DNA from: Dendrobates tinctorius
Lineage: Eukaryota
Direction: 5' to 3'
Assembly (NCBI RefSeq): GCF_039654945.1
Contig: NW_027362112.1
Span: 372,001-436,000, forward strand
Length of the DNA stretch: 64,000 nucleotides
The translations under genes and the position numbers were made by a program. The notes under the pieces are model-generated. The model did no database searches. It was given only the letters and a program-made list of their open reading frames with translations, and was not told the DNA's origin. Below, piece after piece: positions 23,457 to 36,848 of this stretch (position 1 is the first letter of the stretch; each line of letters opens with the position of its first letter).

Positions 23457-26400
23457 ACAGCTCAGCACGCCCCTGTACTGTACTGGACGGCCATGCTGTC
23501 AATCACAGTACTGACAGCTCAGCACGCCCCTGAATCAGACTGGATGGCCATGCTGTCAATCACAGTACTGACAGCTCAGCACGCCCCTGTACTGGACTGC
23601 CATGCTGTCAATCACAGTACTGACAGCTCAGCACGCTCCTGTACTGGACGGCCATGATGTCAATCACAGTACTGACAGCTCAGCACGCCCCTGTACTGGA
23701 CTGGATGGCCATGCTGTCAATCACAGTACTGACAGCTCAGCACGCCCCTGTACTGGACTGGACGGCCATGCTGTCAATCACTGTACTGGCAGCTCAGCAC
23801 GCCCCTGTACTGGACTGGATGGCCGAGCTGTCAATCACAGTACTGAGAGCTCAGCATGCCCCTGTACTGGACTGGACGGCCATGCTGTCAATCACAGTAC
23901 TGACAGCTCAGCACGCCCCTGTACTGGACTGGATGGCCGTGATGTCAATCACAGTACTGACTGCTCAGCGCGCTCCTGTACTGGACTGCCATGATGTCAA
24001 TCACAGTACTGACAGCTCAGCACGCCCATGGACTGGATGGCCGAGATGTCAATCACAGTACTGACAGCTCAGCACGGCCCTGTACTGGACGGCCATGCTG
24101 TCAATCACAGTACTGACAGCTCAGCACGCCCCTGTACTGGACTGGACGGCCATGCTGTCAATCACAGTACTGGCAGCTCAGCACGCCCCTGTACTGGACT
24201 GGATGGCCAAGCTGTCAATCACAGTACTGAGAGCTCAGCATGCCCCTGGACTGGACGGCCATGCTGTCAATCACAGTACTGAGAGCTCAGCACGGCCCTG
24301 TACTGGACGGCCATGCTGTCAATCACAGTACTGACAGCTCAGCACGCCCCTGTACTGGACTGGATGGCCGTGATGTCAATCACAGTACTGACTGCTCAGC
24401 ACGCTCCTGTACTGGACTGGATGGCCGTGATGTCAATCACAGTACTGACTGCTCAGCACGCTCCTGTACTGGACTGCCATGATGTCAATCACAGTACTGA
24501 CAGCTCAGCACGCCCCTGGACTGGATGGCCGAGCTGTCAATCACAGTACTGACAGCTCAGCACGCCCCTGTACTGGACTGGATGGCCGTGATGTCAATCA
24601 CAGTACTGACTGCTCAGCACGCTCCTGTACTGGACTGCCATGATGTCAATCACAGTACTGACAGCTCAGCACGCCCCTGGACTGGATGGCCGAGCTGTCA
24701 ATCACAGTACTGACAGCTCAGCACGCCCCTGTACTGGACGGCCATGCTGTCAATCACAGTACTGACAGCCATGCTGTAAATCACAGTACTGACAGCTCAG
24801 CACGCCCCTGTACTGGACTGGACGGCCATGCTGTCAATCAGTACTGGCAGCTCAGCACGCCCCTGTACTGGACTGGATGGCCAAGCTGTCAATCACAGTA
24901 CTGAGAGCTCAGCATGCCCCTGTACTGGACTGGACGGCCATGCTGTCAATCACAGTACTGAGAGCTCAGCACTGCCCTGTACTGGACGGCCATGCTGTCA
25001 ATCACAGTACTGACAGCTCAGCATGCCCCTGTACTGGACTGGATGGCCGTGATGTCAATCACAGTACTGACTGCTCAGCACGCTCCTGTACTGGACTGCC
25101 ATGATGTCAATCACAGTACTGACTGCTCAGCACGCTCCTGTACTGGACTGCCATGATGTCAATCACAGTACTGACAGCTCAGCACGCCCCTGGACTGGAT
25201 GGTCGAGCTGTCAATCACAGTACTTACAGCTCAGCACGCCACTGGACGGCCATGCTGTCAATCACAGTACTGACAGCTCAGCACGGCCCTGTACTGGACT
25301 GGATGGCCATGCTGTCAATCACAGTACTGACAGCTCAGCACGGCCCTGTACTGGACGGCCATGCTGTCAATCACAGTACTGACAGCTCAGCACGCCACTG
25401 GACTGGACTGGATGGCCGAGCTGTCAATCACAGTACTGGCAGCTCAGCACGGCCCTGTACTGGACTGGATGGCCATGCTGTCAATCACAGTACTGACAGC
25501 TCAGCACGGCCCTGTACTGGACGGCCATGCTGTCAATCACAGTACTGACAGCTCAGCACGCCCCTGGACTGGACTGGATGGCCATGCTGTCAATCACAGT
25601 ACTGACAGCTCAGCACGCCCCTGTACTGGATGGCCATGCTGTCAATCACAGTACTGACAGCTCGGCACGCCCCTGTACTGGACGGCCATGCTGTCAATCA
25701 CAGTACTGACAGCTCAGCACGCCCCTGTACTGGACTGGATGGCCATGCTGTCAATCACAGTACTGACAGCTCAGCACGCTCCTGCACTGGACTGGACGGC
25801 CATGCTGTCAATCACAGTACTGACAGCTCAGCACGCTCCTGCACTGGACTGGACGGCCATGCTGTCAATCACAGTACTGACAGCTCAGCACGCCACTGGA
25901 CTGGACGGCCATGCTGTGAATCACAGTACTGACAGCTCAGCACGGCCCTGTACTGGACGGCCATGCTGTCAATCACAGCACTGACAGGTGAGCACGCCCC
26001 TGTACTGGACTGGATGGCCGTGATGTCAATCACAGTACTGACAGCTCAGCACGCTCCTGTACTGGACTGCCATGATGTCAATCACAGTACTGACAGCTCA
26101 GCACGCCCCTGGACTGGACTGGATGGCCGTGATGTCAATCACAGTACTGACAGCTCAGCACGCCCCTGTACTGGATGGCCATGCTGTCAATCACAGTACT
26201 GACAGCTCGGCACGCCCCTGTACTGGACGGCCATGCTGTCAATCACAGTACTGACAGCTCAGCACGCCCCTGTACTGGACTGGATGGCCATGCTGTCAAT
26301 CACAGTACTGACAGCTCAGCACGCCACTGGACTGGACGGCCATGCTGTGAATCACAGTACTGACAGCTCAGCACGGCCCTGTACTGGACGGCCATGCTGT

Positions 26401-29400
26401 CAATCACAGCACTGACAGGTGAGCACGCCCCTGTACTGGACTGGATGGCCGTGATGTCAATCACAGTACTGACAGCTCAGCACGCTCCTGTACTGGACTG
26501 CCATGATGTCAATCACAGTACTGACAGCTCAGCACGCCCCTGGACTGGACTGCCATGATGTCAATCACAGTACTGACAGCTCAGCACGCCCCTGTACCGG
26601 ACAGGACGGCCATGCTGTCAATCACAGTACTGACAGCTCAGCACGCCACTGGACTGGACGGCCATGCTGTCAATCACAGTACTGAGAGCTCAGCACGCCC
26701 CTGTACTGGACTGGACGGCCATGCTGTCAATCACAGTACTGACAGCTCAGCACGCCCCTGTACTGGACGGCCATGATGTCAATCACAGTGCTGACAGCTC
26801 AGCACGCCCCTGTACTGGACTGCCATGATATCAATCACAGTACTGACAGCTCAGCACGCCCCTGTACTGGACGGCCATGATATCAATCACAGTACTGACA
26901 GCTCAGCACGCCCCTGTACTGGACGGCCATGCTGTCAATCACAGTACTGACAGCTCAGCACGCCCCTGTAGTGGACTGGATGGCCGAGCTGTCAATCACA
27001 GTACTGACAGCTCTGCACGCCCCTGTACTGGACTGGACGGCCATGCTGTCAATCACAGCACTGACAGGTGAGCACGCCCCTGTACTGGACTGGATGGCCG
27101 TGATGTCAATCACAGTACTGACAGCTCAGCACGCTCCTGTACTGGACTGCCATGATGTCAATCACAGTACTGACAGCTCAGCACGCCCCTGGTCTGGACT
27201 GCCATGATGTCAATCACAGTACTGACAGCTCAGCACGCCCCTGGACTGGACTGCCATGATGTCAATCACAGTACTGACAGCTCAGCACGCCCCTGGACTG
27301 GACTGCCATGATGTCAATCACAGTACTGACAGCTCAGCACGCCCCTGTACCGGACAGGACGGCCATGCTGTCAATCACAGAACTGACAGCTCAGCACGCC
27401 CCTGGACTGGACGGCCATGATGTCAATCACAGTACTGACAGCTCAGCACGCCACTGGACTGGACGGCCATGATGTCAATCACAGTACTGAGAGCTCAGCA
27501 CACCCCTGTACTGGACTGGACGGCCATGATGTCAATCACAGCACTGACAGCTCAGCACGCCCCTGGACTGGACTGCCATGATGTCAATCACAGCACTGAC
27601 AGCTCAGCACGCCCCTGGACTGGACGGCCATGATGTCAATCACAGTACTGACAGCTCAGCACGCCACTGGACTGGACGGCCATGCTGTCAATCACAGTAC
27701 TGAGAGCTCAGCACGCCCCTGTACTGGACGGCCATGATGTCAATCACAGTACTGACAGCTCAGCACGCCCCTGTACTGGACGGCCATGATGTCAATCACA
27801 GTACTGACAGCTCAGCACGCCCCTGTACTGGACTGGACGGCCATGCTGTCAATCACAGTACTGAGAGCTCAGCATGCCCCTGTACTGGACGGCCATGCTG
27901 TCAATCACAGTACTGACAGCTCAGCACGCCACTGGACTGGACGGCCATGATGTCAATCACAGTACTGACAGCTCAGCACGCCCCTGTACTGGACGGCCAT
28001 GATGTCAATCACAGTACTGACAGCTCAGCACGCCCCTGTACTGGACGGCCATGATATCAATCACAGTATTGACAGCTCAGCACGCCCCTGTACTGGACTG
28101 GACGGCCATGCTGTCAATCACAGTACTGAGAGCTCAGCATGCCCCTGTACTGGACGGCCATGCTGTCAATCACAGTACTGACAGCTCAGCACGCCCCTGT
28201 ACTGGACTGGATGGCCATGCTGTCAATCACAGTACTGACAGCTCAGCACGCCCCTGTACTGGATGGCCATGCTGTCAATCACAGTACTGGCAGCTCAGCA
28301 CGCCCCTGTAGTGGACTGGATGGCCGAGCTGTCAATCACAGTACTGACTGCTCAGCACGCCCCTGTACTGGACTGGATGGCCATGCTGTCAATCACAGTA
28401 CTGACAGCTCAGCACGCCCCTGTACTGGACTGGACGGCCATGCTGTCAATCACAGTACTGACAGCTCAGCACGCCCCTGTACTGGACTGGACGGCCATGC
28501 TGTCAATCACAGTACTGACAGCTCAGCATGCCCCTGTACTGGACTGGACGGCCATGCTGTCAATCACAGTACTGACAGCTCAGCACGCTCCTGTACTGGA
28601 CGGCCATGATGTCAATCACAGTACTGACAGCTCAGCACGCCCCTGTACTGGACTGGATGGCCATGCTGTCAATCACAGTACTGACAGCTCAGCACGCCCC
28701 TGTACTGGACTGGACGGCCATGCTGTCAATCACAGTACTGACAGCTCAGCACGCCCCTGTACTGGACTGGACGGCCATGCTGTCAATCACAGTACTGGCA
28801 TCTCAGCACGCCCCTGTACTGGACTGGATGGCCGAGCTGTCAATCACAGTACTGACTGCTCAGCACGCCCCTGTACTGGACTGGATGGCCATGCTGTCAA
28901 TCACAGTACTGGCAGCTCAGCACGCCCCTGTACTGGACTGGACGGCCATGCTGTCAATCACAGTACTGGCATCTCAGCACGCCCCTGTACTGGACTGGAC
29001 GGCCATGCTGTCAATCACAGTACTGACAGCTCAGCACGCCCCTGTACTGGACTGGATGGCCATGCTGTCAATCACAGTACTGGCAGCTCAGCACGCCCCT
29101 GTACTGGACTGGATGGCCGAGCTGTCAATCACAGTACTGACTGCTCAGCACGCCCCTGTACTGGACTGGATGGCCATGCTGTCAATCACAGTACTGACAG
29201 CTCAGCACGCCCCTGTACTGGACTGGACGGCCATGCTGTCAATCACAGTACTGACAGCTCAGCATGCCCCTGTACTGGACTGGACGGCCATGCTGTCAAT
29301 CACAGTACTGACAGCTCAGCACGCCCCTGTACTGGACTGGACGGCCATGCTGTCAATCACAGTACTGACAGCTCAGCACGCCCCTGTACTGGACTGGACG

Positions 29401-32400
29401 GCCATGCTGTCAATCACAGTACTGACAGCTCAGCATGCCCCTGTACTGGACTGGACGGCCATGCTGTCAATCACAGTACTGACAGCTCAGCACGCTCCTG
29501 TACTGGACGGCCATGATGTCAATCACAGTACTGACAGCTCAGCACGCCCCTGTACTGGACTGGATGGCCATGCTGTCAATCACAGTACTGACAGCTCAGC
29601 ACGCCCCTGTACTGGACGGCCATGCTGTCAATCACAGTACTGACAGCTCAGCACGCCCCTGTACTGGACTGGACGGCCATGCTGTCAATCACAGTACTGG
29701 CATCTCAGCACGCCCCTGTACTGGACTGGATGGCCGAGCTGTCAATCACAGTACTGAGAGCTCAGCATGCCCCTGTACTGGACTGGACGGCCATGCTGTC
29801 AATCACAGTACTGACAGCTCAGCACGCCCCTGGACTGGACGGCCATGCTGTCAATCACAGTACTGACAGCTCAGCACGCCCCTGGACTGGACGGCCATGC
29901 TGTCAATCACAGTACTGACAGCTCAGCACGCTCCTGTACTGGACGGCCATGCTGTCAATCACAGTACTGACAGCTCAGCATGCCCCTGTACTGGACTGGA
30001 TGGCCATGCTGTCAATCACAGTACTGACAGCTCAGCACGGCCCTGTACTGGACGGCCATGCTGTCAATCACAGTACTGACAGCTCAGCACGCCCCTGTAC
30101 TGGACTGCCATGCTGTCAATCACAGTACTGACAGCTCAGCACGCTCCTGTACTGGACGGCCATGATGTCAATCGCAGTACTGACAGCTCAGCACGCCCCT
30201 GTACTGGACTGGATGGCCATGCTGTCAATCACAGTACTGAGAGCTCAGCACGCCCCTGTACTGGACGGCCATGATGTCAATCACAGTACTGACAGCTCAG
30301 CACGCCCCTGTACTGGACTGGATGGCCATGCTGTCAATCACAGTACTGACAGCTCAGCACGCCCCTGTACTGGACTGGATGGCCATGCTGTCAATCACAG
30401 TACTGACAGCTCAGCACGCCCCTGTACTGGACGGCCATGCTGTCAATCACAGTACTGACAGCTCAGCACGCCCCTGTACTGGACTGGACGGCCATGCTGT
30501 CAATCACAGTACTGACAGCTCAGCACGCCCCTGGACTGGACGGCCATGCTGTCAATCACAGTACTGACAGCTCAGCACGCTCCTGTACTGGACGGCCATG
30601 CTGTCAATCACAGTACTGACAGCTCAGCATGCCCCTGTACTGGACTGGATGGCCATGCTGTCAATCACAGTACTGACAGCTCAGCACGGCCCTGTACTGG
30701 ACGGCCATGCTGTCAATCACAGTACTGACAGCTCAGCACGCCCCTGTACTGGACTGCCATGCTGTCAATCACAGTACTGACAGCTCAGCACGCTCCTGTA
30801 CTGGACGGCCATGATGTCAATCACAGTACTGACAGCTCAGCACGCCCCTGTACTGGACTGGATGGCCATGCTGTCAATCACAGTACTGAGAGCTCAGCAC
30901 GCCCCTGTACTGGACGGCCATGATGTCAATCACAGTACTGACAGCTCAGCACGCCCCTGTACTGGACTGGATGGCCATGCTGTCAATCACAGTACTGACA
31001 GCTCAGCACGCCCCTGGACTGGATGGCCATGCTGTCAATCACAGTACTGACAGCTCAGCACGCCCCTGTACTGGACTGGATGGCCATGCTGTCAATCACA
31101 GTACTGACAGCTCAGCACGCCCCTGTACTGGACGGCCATGCTGTCAATCACAGTACTGACAGCTCAGCACGCCCCTGTACTGGACTGGACGGCCATGCTG
31201 TCAATCACAGTACTGACAGCTCAGCACGCCCCTGTACTGGACTGGATGGCCATGCTGTCAATCACAGTACTGACAGCTCAGCACGCCCCTGTACTGGATG
31301 GCCATGCTGTCAATCACAGTACTGACAGCTCAGCACGCTCCTGTACTGGACTGGACGGCCATGCTGTCAATCACAGTACTGACAGCTCAGCACGCCACTG
31401 GACTGGATGGCCATGCTGTCAATCACAGTACTGACAGCTCAGCACGCCCCTGTACTGGACGGCCATGCTGTCAATCACAGTACTGACAGCTCAGCACGCC
31501 CCTGTACTGGACGGCCATGCTGTCAATCACAGTACTGACAGCTCAGCACGCCCCTGTACTGGACTGGATGGCCATGCTGTCAATCACAGTACTGACAGCT
31601 CAGCACGCCCCTGTACTGGATGGCCATGCTGTCAATCACAGTACTGACAGCTCAGCACGCTCCTGTACTGGACGGCCATGCTGTCAATCACAGTACTGAC
31701 AGCTCAGCACGCCCCTGTACTGGACTGGATGGCCGAGCTGTCAATCACAGTACTGACAGCTCAGCACGCCCCTGTACTGGACTGGATGGCCATGCTGTCA
31801 ATCACAGTACTGACAGCTCAGCACGGCCCTGTACTGGACGGCCATGCTGTCAATCACAGTACTGACAGCTCAGCACGCCCCTGTACTGGACTGGATGGCC
31901 ATGCTGTCAATCACAGTACTGACAGCTCAGCACGCCCCTGTACTGGATGGCCATGCTGTCAATCACAGTACTGACAGCTCAGCACGCTCCTGTACTGGAC
32001 TGGACGGCCATGCTGTCAATCACAGTACTGACAGCTCAGCACGCCACTGGACTGGATGGCCATGCTGTCAATCACAGTACTGACAGCTCAGCACGCCCCT
32101 GTACTGGACGGCCATGCTGTCAATCACAGTACTGACAGCTCAGCACGCCCCTGTACTGGACGGCCATGCTGTCAATCACAGTACTGACAGCTCAGCACGC
32201 CCCTGTACTGGACTGGATGGCCATGCTGTCAATCACAGTACTGACAGCTCAGCACGCCCCTGTACTGGATGGCCATGCTGTCAATCACAGTACTGACAGC
32301 TCAGCACGCTCCTGTACTGGACGGCCATGCTGTCAATCACAGTACTGACAGCTCAGCACGCCCCTGTACTGGATGGCCATGCTGTCAATCACAGTACTGA

Positions 32401-33511
32401 CAGCTCAGCACGCCCCTGTAATGGATGGCCATGCTGTCAATCACAGTACTGACAGCTCAGCACGCCCCTGTACTGGACGGCCATGCTGTCAATCACAGTA
32501 CTGACAGCTCAGCATGCCACTGGACTGGATGGCCATGCTGTCAATCACAGTACTGACAGCTCAGCACGCCCCTGTACTGGACTGGACGGCCATGCTGTCA
32601 ATCACAGTACTGACATCTCAGCACGCCACTGGACTGGACGGCCATGCTGTGAATCACAGTACTGACAGCTCAGCACGGCCCTGTACTGGACGGCCATGCT
32701 GTCAATCACAGCACTGACAGGTGAGCACGCCCCTGTACTGGACTGGATGGCCGTGATGTCAATCACAGTACTGACAGCTCAGCACGCCCCTGTACTGGAC
32801 GGCCATGATGTCAATCACAGTACTGACAGCTCAGCACGCCCCTGTACCGGACAGGACGGCCATGCTGTCAATCACAGTACTGACAGCTCAGCACGCCCCT
32901 GTACCGGACAGGACGGCCATGCTGTCAATCACAGTACTGACAGCTCAGCACGCCCCTGTACTGGACGGCCATGATGTCAATCACAGTACTGACAGCTCAG
33001 CACGCCCCTGTACTGGACGGCCATGCTGTCAATCACAGTACTGACAGCTCAGCACGGCCCTGTACTGGACGGCCATGCTGTCAATCACAGCACTGACAGG
33101 TGAGCACGCCCCTGTACTGGACTGGATGGCCGTGATGTCAATCACAGTACTGACAGCTCAGCACGCCCCTGTACTGGACGGCCATGATGTCAATCACAGT
33201 ACTGACAGCTCAGCACGCCCCTGTACCGGACAGGACGGCCATGCTGTCAATCACAGTACTGACAGCTCAGCACGCCCCTGTACCGGACAGGACGGCCATG
33301 CTGTCAATCACAGTACTGACAGCTCAGCACGCCCCTGTACTGGACGGCCATGATGTCAATCACAGTACTGACAGCTCAGCACGCCCCTGTACTGGACGGC
33401 CATGCTGTGAATCACAGTACTGACAGCTCAGCACGGCCCTGTACTGGACGGCCATGCTGTCAATCACAGCACTGACAGCTCAGCACGCCCCTGGACTGGA
33501 CGGCCATGCTG
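23457..33511. repeat. 10-kb 52/57-bp minisatellite between USB1 and SETD6 (GCCATGCTGTCAATCACAGTACTGACAGCTCAGCACGCCCCTGTACTGGA[CTGGA]CG)
   Basis: About 185 units, estimated from length divided by period. Confidence 0.97.
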
Positions 33512-34212
33512 CCACTAACTGCATCCCAGTCACCCTGAGGGTTGGAACTGTGACAGTGTCCCTTCTTCTGGGGGGGGGGGGGGGGGGGGCAGCGAACTCC
33601 CAGGAAATTTTAGATGGAAGGCCCTAACCGATCAGCCTTCGCATCTCGAGCAGGGAGCCGCGATCTCTCCTCTGGTCCGTATCCCCTCCAGTGGATGAGG
33701 TACTGGAGGGAATCACAGGCCCTCCGAGAATCCACCACCCTCTGAACCTCGTACTCTGGGCCACCATCTACTGAAATCGGAGGTGGTGGGGATGAGGGAG
33801 ACAATGCAGGAGGGACATACTCCTTTAATAGGGATTTATGGAATACGTCAGGGATGTGAAGGATGGCGGAAGCTGTAAATGCCACAGGATTGACCACCTC
33901 TGGGATCTCATATGGACCAATACACTTTGAACCCAACTTCGACGACGACACTTTAAGTTTAATATTCGTAGACAACCAAACCTTATCCCCGGTGTTGACA
34001 GCAGGACCCCCGACCGTCTGTCGTCCTTTTGTGTTTGAATCTGAGCAGCCCCAATATTCTTTTGAAGCTCCCTCCAGACCTCCCCAAGTCTCTGCACGGC
34101 GACCTCCACACCTCAGGGCAGTCAGAACTGATCCTAGAAAATGCGCCAAAATGGGGATGAAAGCCATAATTACAGAAGAATGGTGAGGTTCCGGTAGCGG
34201 CGGTGACATCAC
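33512..34212 (-). mobile_element. Chromovirus Gypsy relic: integrase C-terminus, chromodomain, PPT and start of a 3' LTR
   Basis: ORF 33610-34212 with GDKVWLST, IGPYEI, IPDVFHKSLLK, EYEVQRVVDSR..QYLIHWRGYG; minus strand AGAAGAAGGG-ACAC then TGTCACA at 33555. Confidence 0.88.
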
Positions 34213-34325
34213 CGCTCTCCAGATATCAGGTATGTTGCAATCAGATGTTTCTCGGCGAGGTGCTTGGGGCCATTTGGATTCCTTGTGGCAGTGGGGTCTC
34301 CTGCAGTCTCTCTGCTCATTGAAGT

Positions 34326-34640
34326 CTATGGAGGGATTGCCGTCAGCTCCAGGAGTTGGTGTAGTATCCGCTTCTGTCCATACCGCACGTGGAGGGAGTA
34401 CCGCTCCCTGCGGCTGAGCTCTTTGTACGCGGCACTGTCGTCCAGTATAGCCTGGTCGCTGCGCAGGTCGGTGGCGTATGCCTTGACAGCGAGTTCTGCG
34501 GTTCTATGGAGGAGTCTGCGCCAGGATGGGGGCAGTCTTGAGAGCTCCTGGTTATTTAGCGTCCCATCCTCTTCATCATCATCCTCCCACCCTTCATTGT
34601 CCTTATAGTCTACAAACTCCTCCGGAGACATGCACAGAAG
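34326..34640 (-). CDS. SETD6: SETD6 last coding exon (9)
   Basis: LLCMSPEEF...YATDLRSDQ...VRYGQKRILHQLLELT; cttccag acceptor; TAG stop. Confidence 0.95.
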   Translation of the reverse strand, partial: LLCMSPEEFVDYKDNEGWEDDDEEDGTLNNQELSRLPPSWRRLLHRTAELAVKAYATDLRSDQAILDDSAAYKELSRRERYSLHVRYGQKRILHQLLELTAIPP

Positions 34641-34727
34641 CTGGAAGAGAGGACAGAGGCAGCGGGGGTCACAGGTGGGGCATTAGACCACCTGTCCATA
34701 AGGCGGGGAGGGGATATTCTGACTCAC

Positions 34728-34870
34728 CTTCACACATGTCCTCAGCTCATCCTCTGTCAATGCTCCATCACAGCCGAACACAAAAGCTCCCTCCTCCCGG
34801 ACCACGTCCATGTGACGGAGGAAGGTCCAGCGCTCCCGGACCCGCGCTCCCTGCTCCTCTGACTCTGCCC
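34728..34870 (-). CDS. SETD6: SETD6 exon 8
   Basis: ERWTFLRHMDVVREEGAFVFG; 143 bp; gtgagt donor. Confidence 0.94.
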
Positions 34871-34932
34871 CTAGAGGTAGAGACACCATGACACGTCCAG
34901 CATAGCAGAGTAACCCTGCCTGCAGCACTTAC

Positions 34933-35113
34933 CCAGCAGGGCAGCCTCCTGGAGGGTCGGCATGGGGATTTCGACCGTCTCGTAGATGTTGTTGGGGTGC
35001 TGCTCGGAGAAGCCGTACATGTGCAGCAGCTGCCAGTTTCCCATTTCTCCATAAGTGTTGAAGATCTCCTGTCCTGCCATCACCGCCCGTGTGGTCACCA
35101 TGCGCAAACACTC
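34933..35113 (-). CDS. SETD6: SETD6 exon 7
   Basis: ECLRMV...[20 protein letters not shown]; 181 bp; gtaagt donor. Confidence 0.96.
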
Positions 35114-35185
35114 CTGTCACAAGAGACGGAAGCTCTCAGAATGGTCCATGGTGGCCCCACCAAGACGACGGCCACAGAAACCCAC

Positions 35186-35312
35186 CGGTGTAAACTCCAA
35201 GTGAGCGTTGTGTTGCGCGACGTGATTCAGTAAATCGGCCACTGGAACCATCATTGGGGGGAGGGTGTCCTTCCCACAATCCTCCTCATCCTCCTCCAGC
35301 GGCTCCTGGAAA
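35186..35312 (-). CDS. SETD6: SETD6 exon 6
   Basis: FQEPLEE...[18 protein letters not shown] (SET NH motif). Confidence 0.95.
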
Positions 35313-35520
35313 CTGTGGTGTAACATCCAAGAAGATGATCTGCACAGCCACTATGCCCAGGCCTCAAAGGGCGGATGACGGGGAGAGCCAGTCACTCCTC
35401 CAGAAAGCAGCTCACAAGGAGAGCAGTCTACTTCCCGACAGATCCCTCTGCGCGCGGCCGCTCACGCCTGTATCGGTGCCTCTGCGCGTGGCCTTAGCCT
35501 CCTAAAATGTTATCTGTGTG

Positions 35521-35693
35521 CACGGCCGCCCTCCCCTCTAGCGGTCCCTCTGCGCGCGGCCGCCCTCCCCTCTAGCGGTCCCTCTGCGCGCGGCCGCCCT
35601 CCCCTCTAGCCGTCCCTCTGCGCGCGGCCGCCCTCCCCCCCCTCTAGCCGTCCCTCTGCGCGCGGCCGCCCTCCCCTCTAGCGGTCCCTCTGC
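35521..35693. repeat. ~34-bp GC-rich tandem repeat, 5 copies, SETD6 intron 5
   Basis: GCGCGGCCGCCCTCCCCTCTAGCGGTCCCTCTGC. Confidence 0.9.
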
Positions 35694-35724
35694 TGAAGGA
35701 GCCTGATAAGCGGCGCCTTCTCAC

Positions 35725-35919
35725 CTGTACGCCATGACAAATGCCACCAGCCTCTTGTAAAGATCCAGGGAGTGCTTCTGAGGACAGAACATATTGGGGT
35801 ATCTCCTGATGAAGGGCAGCACAATGGTGGTGTACTCCTGCTCCATGTTCTCCAGATCTTTCTTTACGGCCTCGGGCACGCCGGTGCCTTTCAGCAGCCG
35901 CAGTCTCTCGTTCTCTGAC
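35725..35919 (-). CDS. SETD6: SETD6 exon 5
   Basis: [15 protein letters not shown]...LVAFVMAY; 195 bp. Confidence 0.96.
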
Positions 35920-36005
35920 CTACAAGGAGATGAGGGACCAGGATCATTCATTACCAAGAATTAGATTGTTGTCTGCTGCCCAATCTGTACCAAAAATGTC
36001 CTCAC

Positions 36006-36147
36006 CAGAACATGGGCAGGTCAGGGGTACTCAGCTGCGGCCAAAGTCCAAAGTATGGGGCCCAAGGAGAAGCCTCGTCTGTGGCCTCATACATGAGGGC
36101 GATGAGAAGAGAAACCCAGCCAGATCTGCTGTCCAGGTTCTCCCGGC
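36006..36147 (-). CDS. SETD6: SETD6 exon 4
   Basis: SGWVSLLIALMYE...SPWAPYFGLWP...PMFW; 142 bp. Confidence 0.95.
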
Positions 36148-36187
36148 CTGTGGGCGAAGACGATCAAACCAGTCAAAGCAGCATTAT

Positions 36188-36848
36188 GGGACCCCGCTGA
36201 CAACCCCCCGCGGCCGGGGACCCCGCTGACAACCCCCCGAGGCCGGGGACCCCGCTGACAACCCCCCGCGGCCGGGGACCCCGCTGACAACCCCCCGAGG
36301 CCGGGGACCCCGCTGACAACCCCCCGAGGCCGGGGACCCCGCTGACAACCCCCCGAGGCCGGGGACCCCGCTGACAACCCCCCGCGGCCGGGGACCCCGC
36401 TGACAACCCCCCGCGGCCGGGGACCCCGCTGACAACCCCCCGCGGCCGGGGACCCCGCTGACAACCCCCCGCGGCCGGGGACCCCGCTGACAACCCCCCG
36501 AGGCCGGGGACCCCGCTGACAACCCCCCGCGGCCGGGGACCCCGCTGACAACCCCCCGAGGCCGGGGACCCCGCTGACAACCCCCCGCGGCCGGGGACCC
36601 CGCTGACAACCCCCCGAGGCCGGGGACCCCGCTGACAACACCCCGAGGCCGGGGACCCCGCTGACAACCCCCCGCGGCCGGGGACCCCGCTGGCAACCCC
36701 CCGCGGCCGGGGACCCCGCTGACAACCCCCCGAGGCCGGGGACCCCGCTGACAACCCCCCGAGGCCGGGGACCCCGCTGACAACACCCCGAGGCCGGGGA
36801 CCCCGCAGATAATACCCCGAGGCTGGGGACCCCGCTGACAATACCCCA
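36188..36848. repeat. 29-bp minisatellite in SETD6 intron 3 (GGCCGGGGACCCCGCTGACAACCCCCCG[C/A])
   Basis: About 22 tandem units with an internal CGGGGACCCCG palindrome. Confidence 0.95.

Noticed and set aside
23457-33511. CRISPR-like array (repeat with internal palindrome)
   Set aside because: No unique spacers, eukaryotic context, no cas genes
35521-35693. Tandem CTCF sites (CCGCTAGAGGGGAG on the minus strand)
   Set aside because: Mismatch at the conserved GGC position; cannot be supported without matrix scoring
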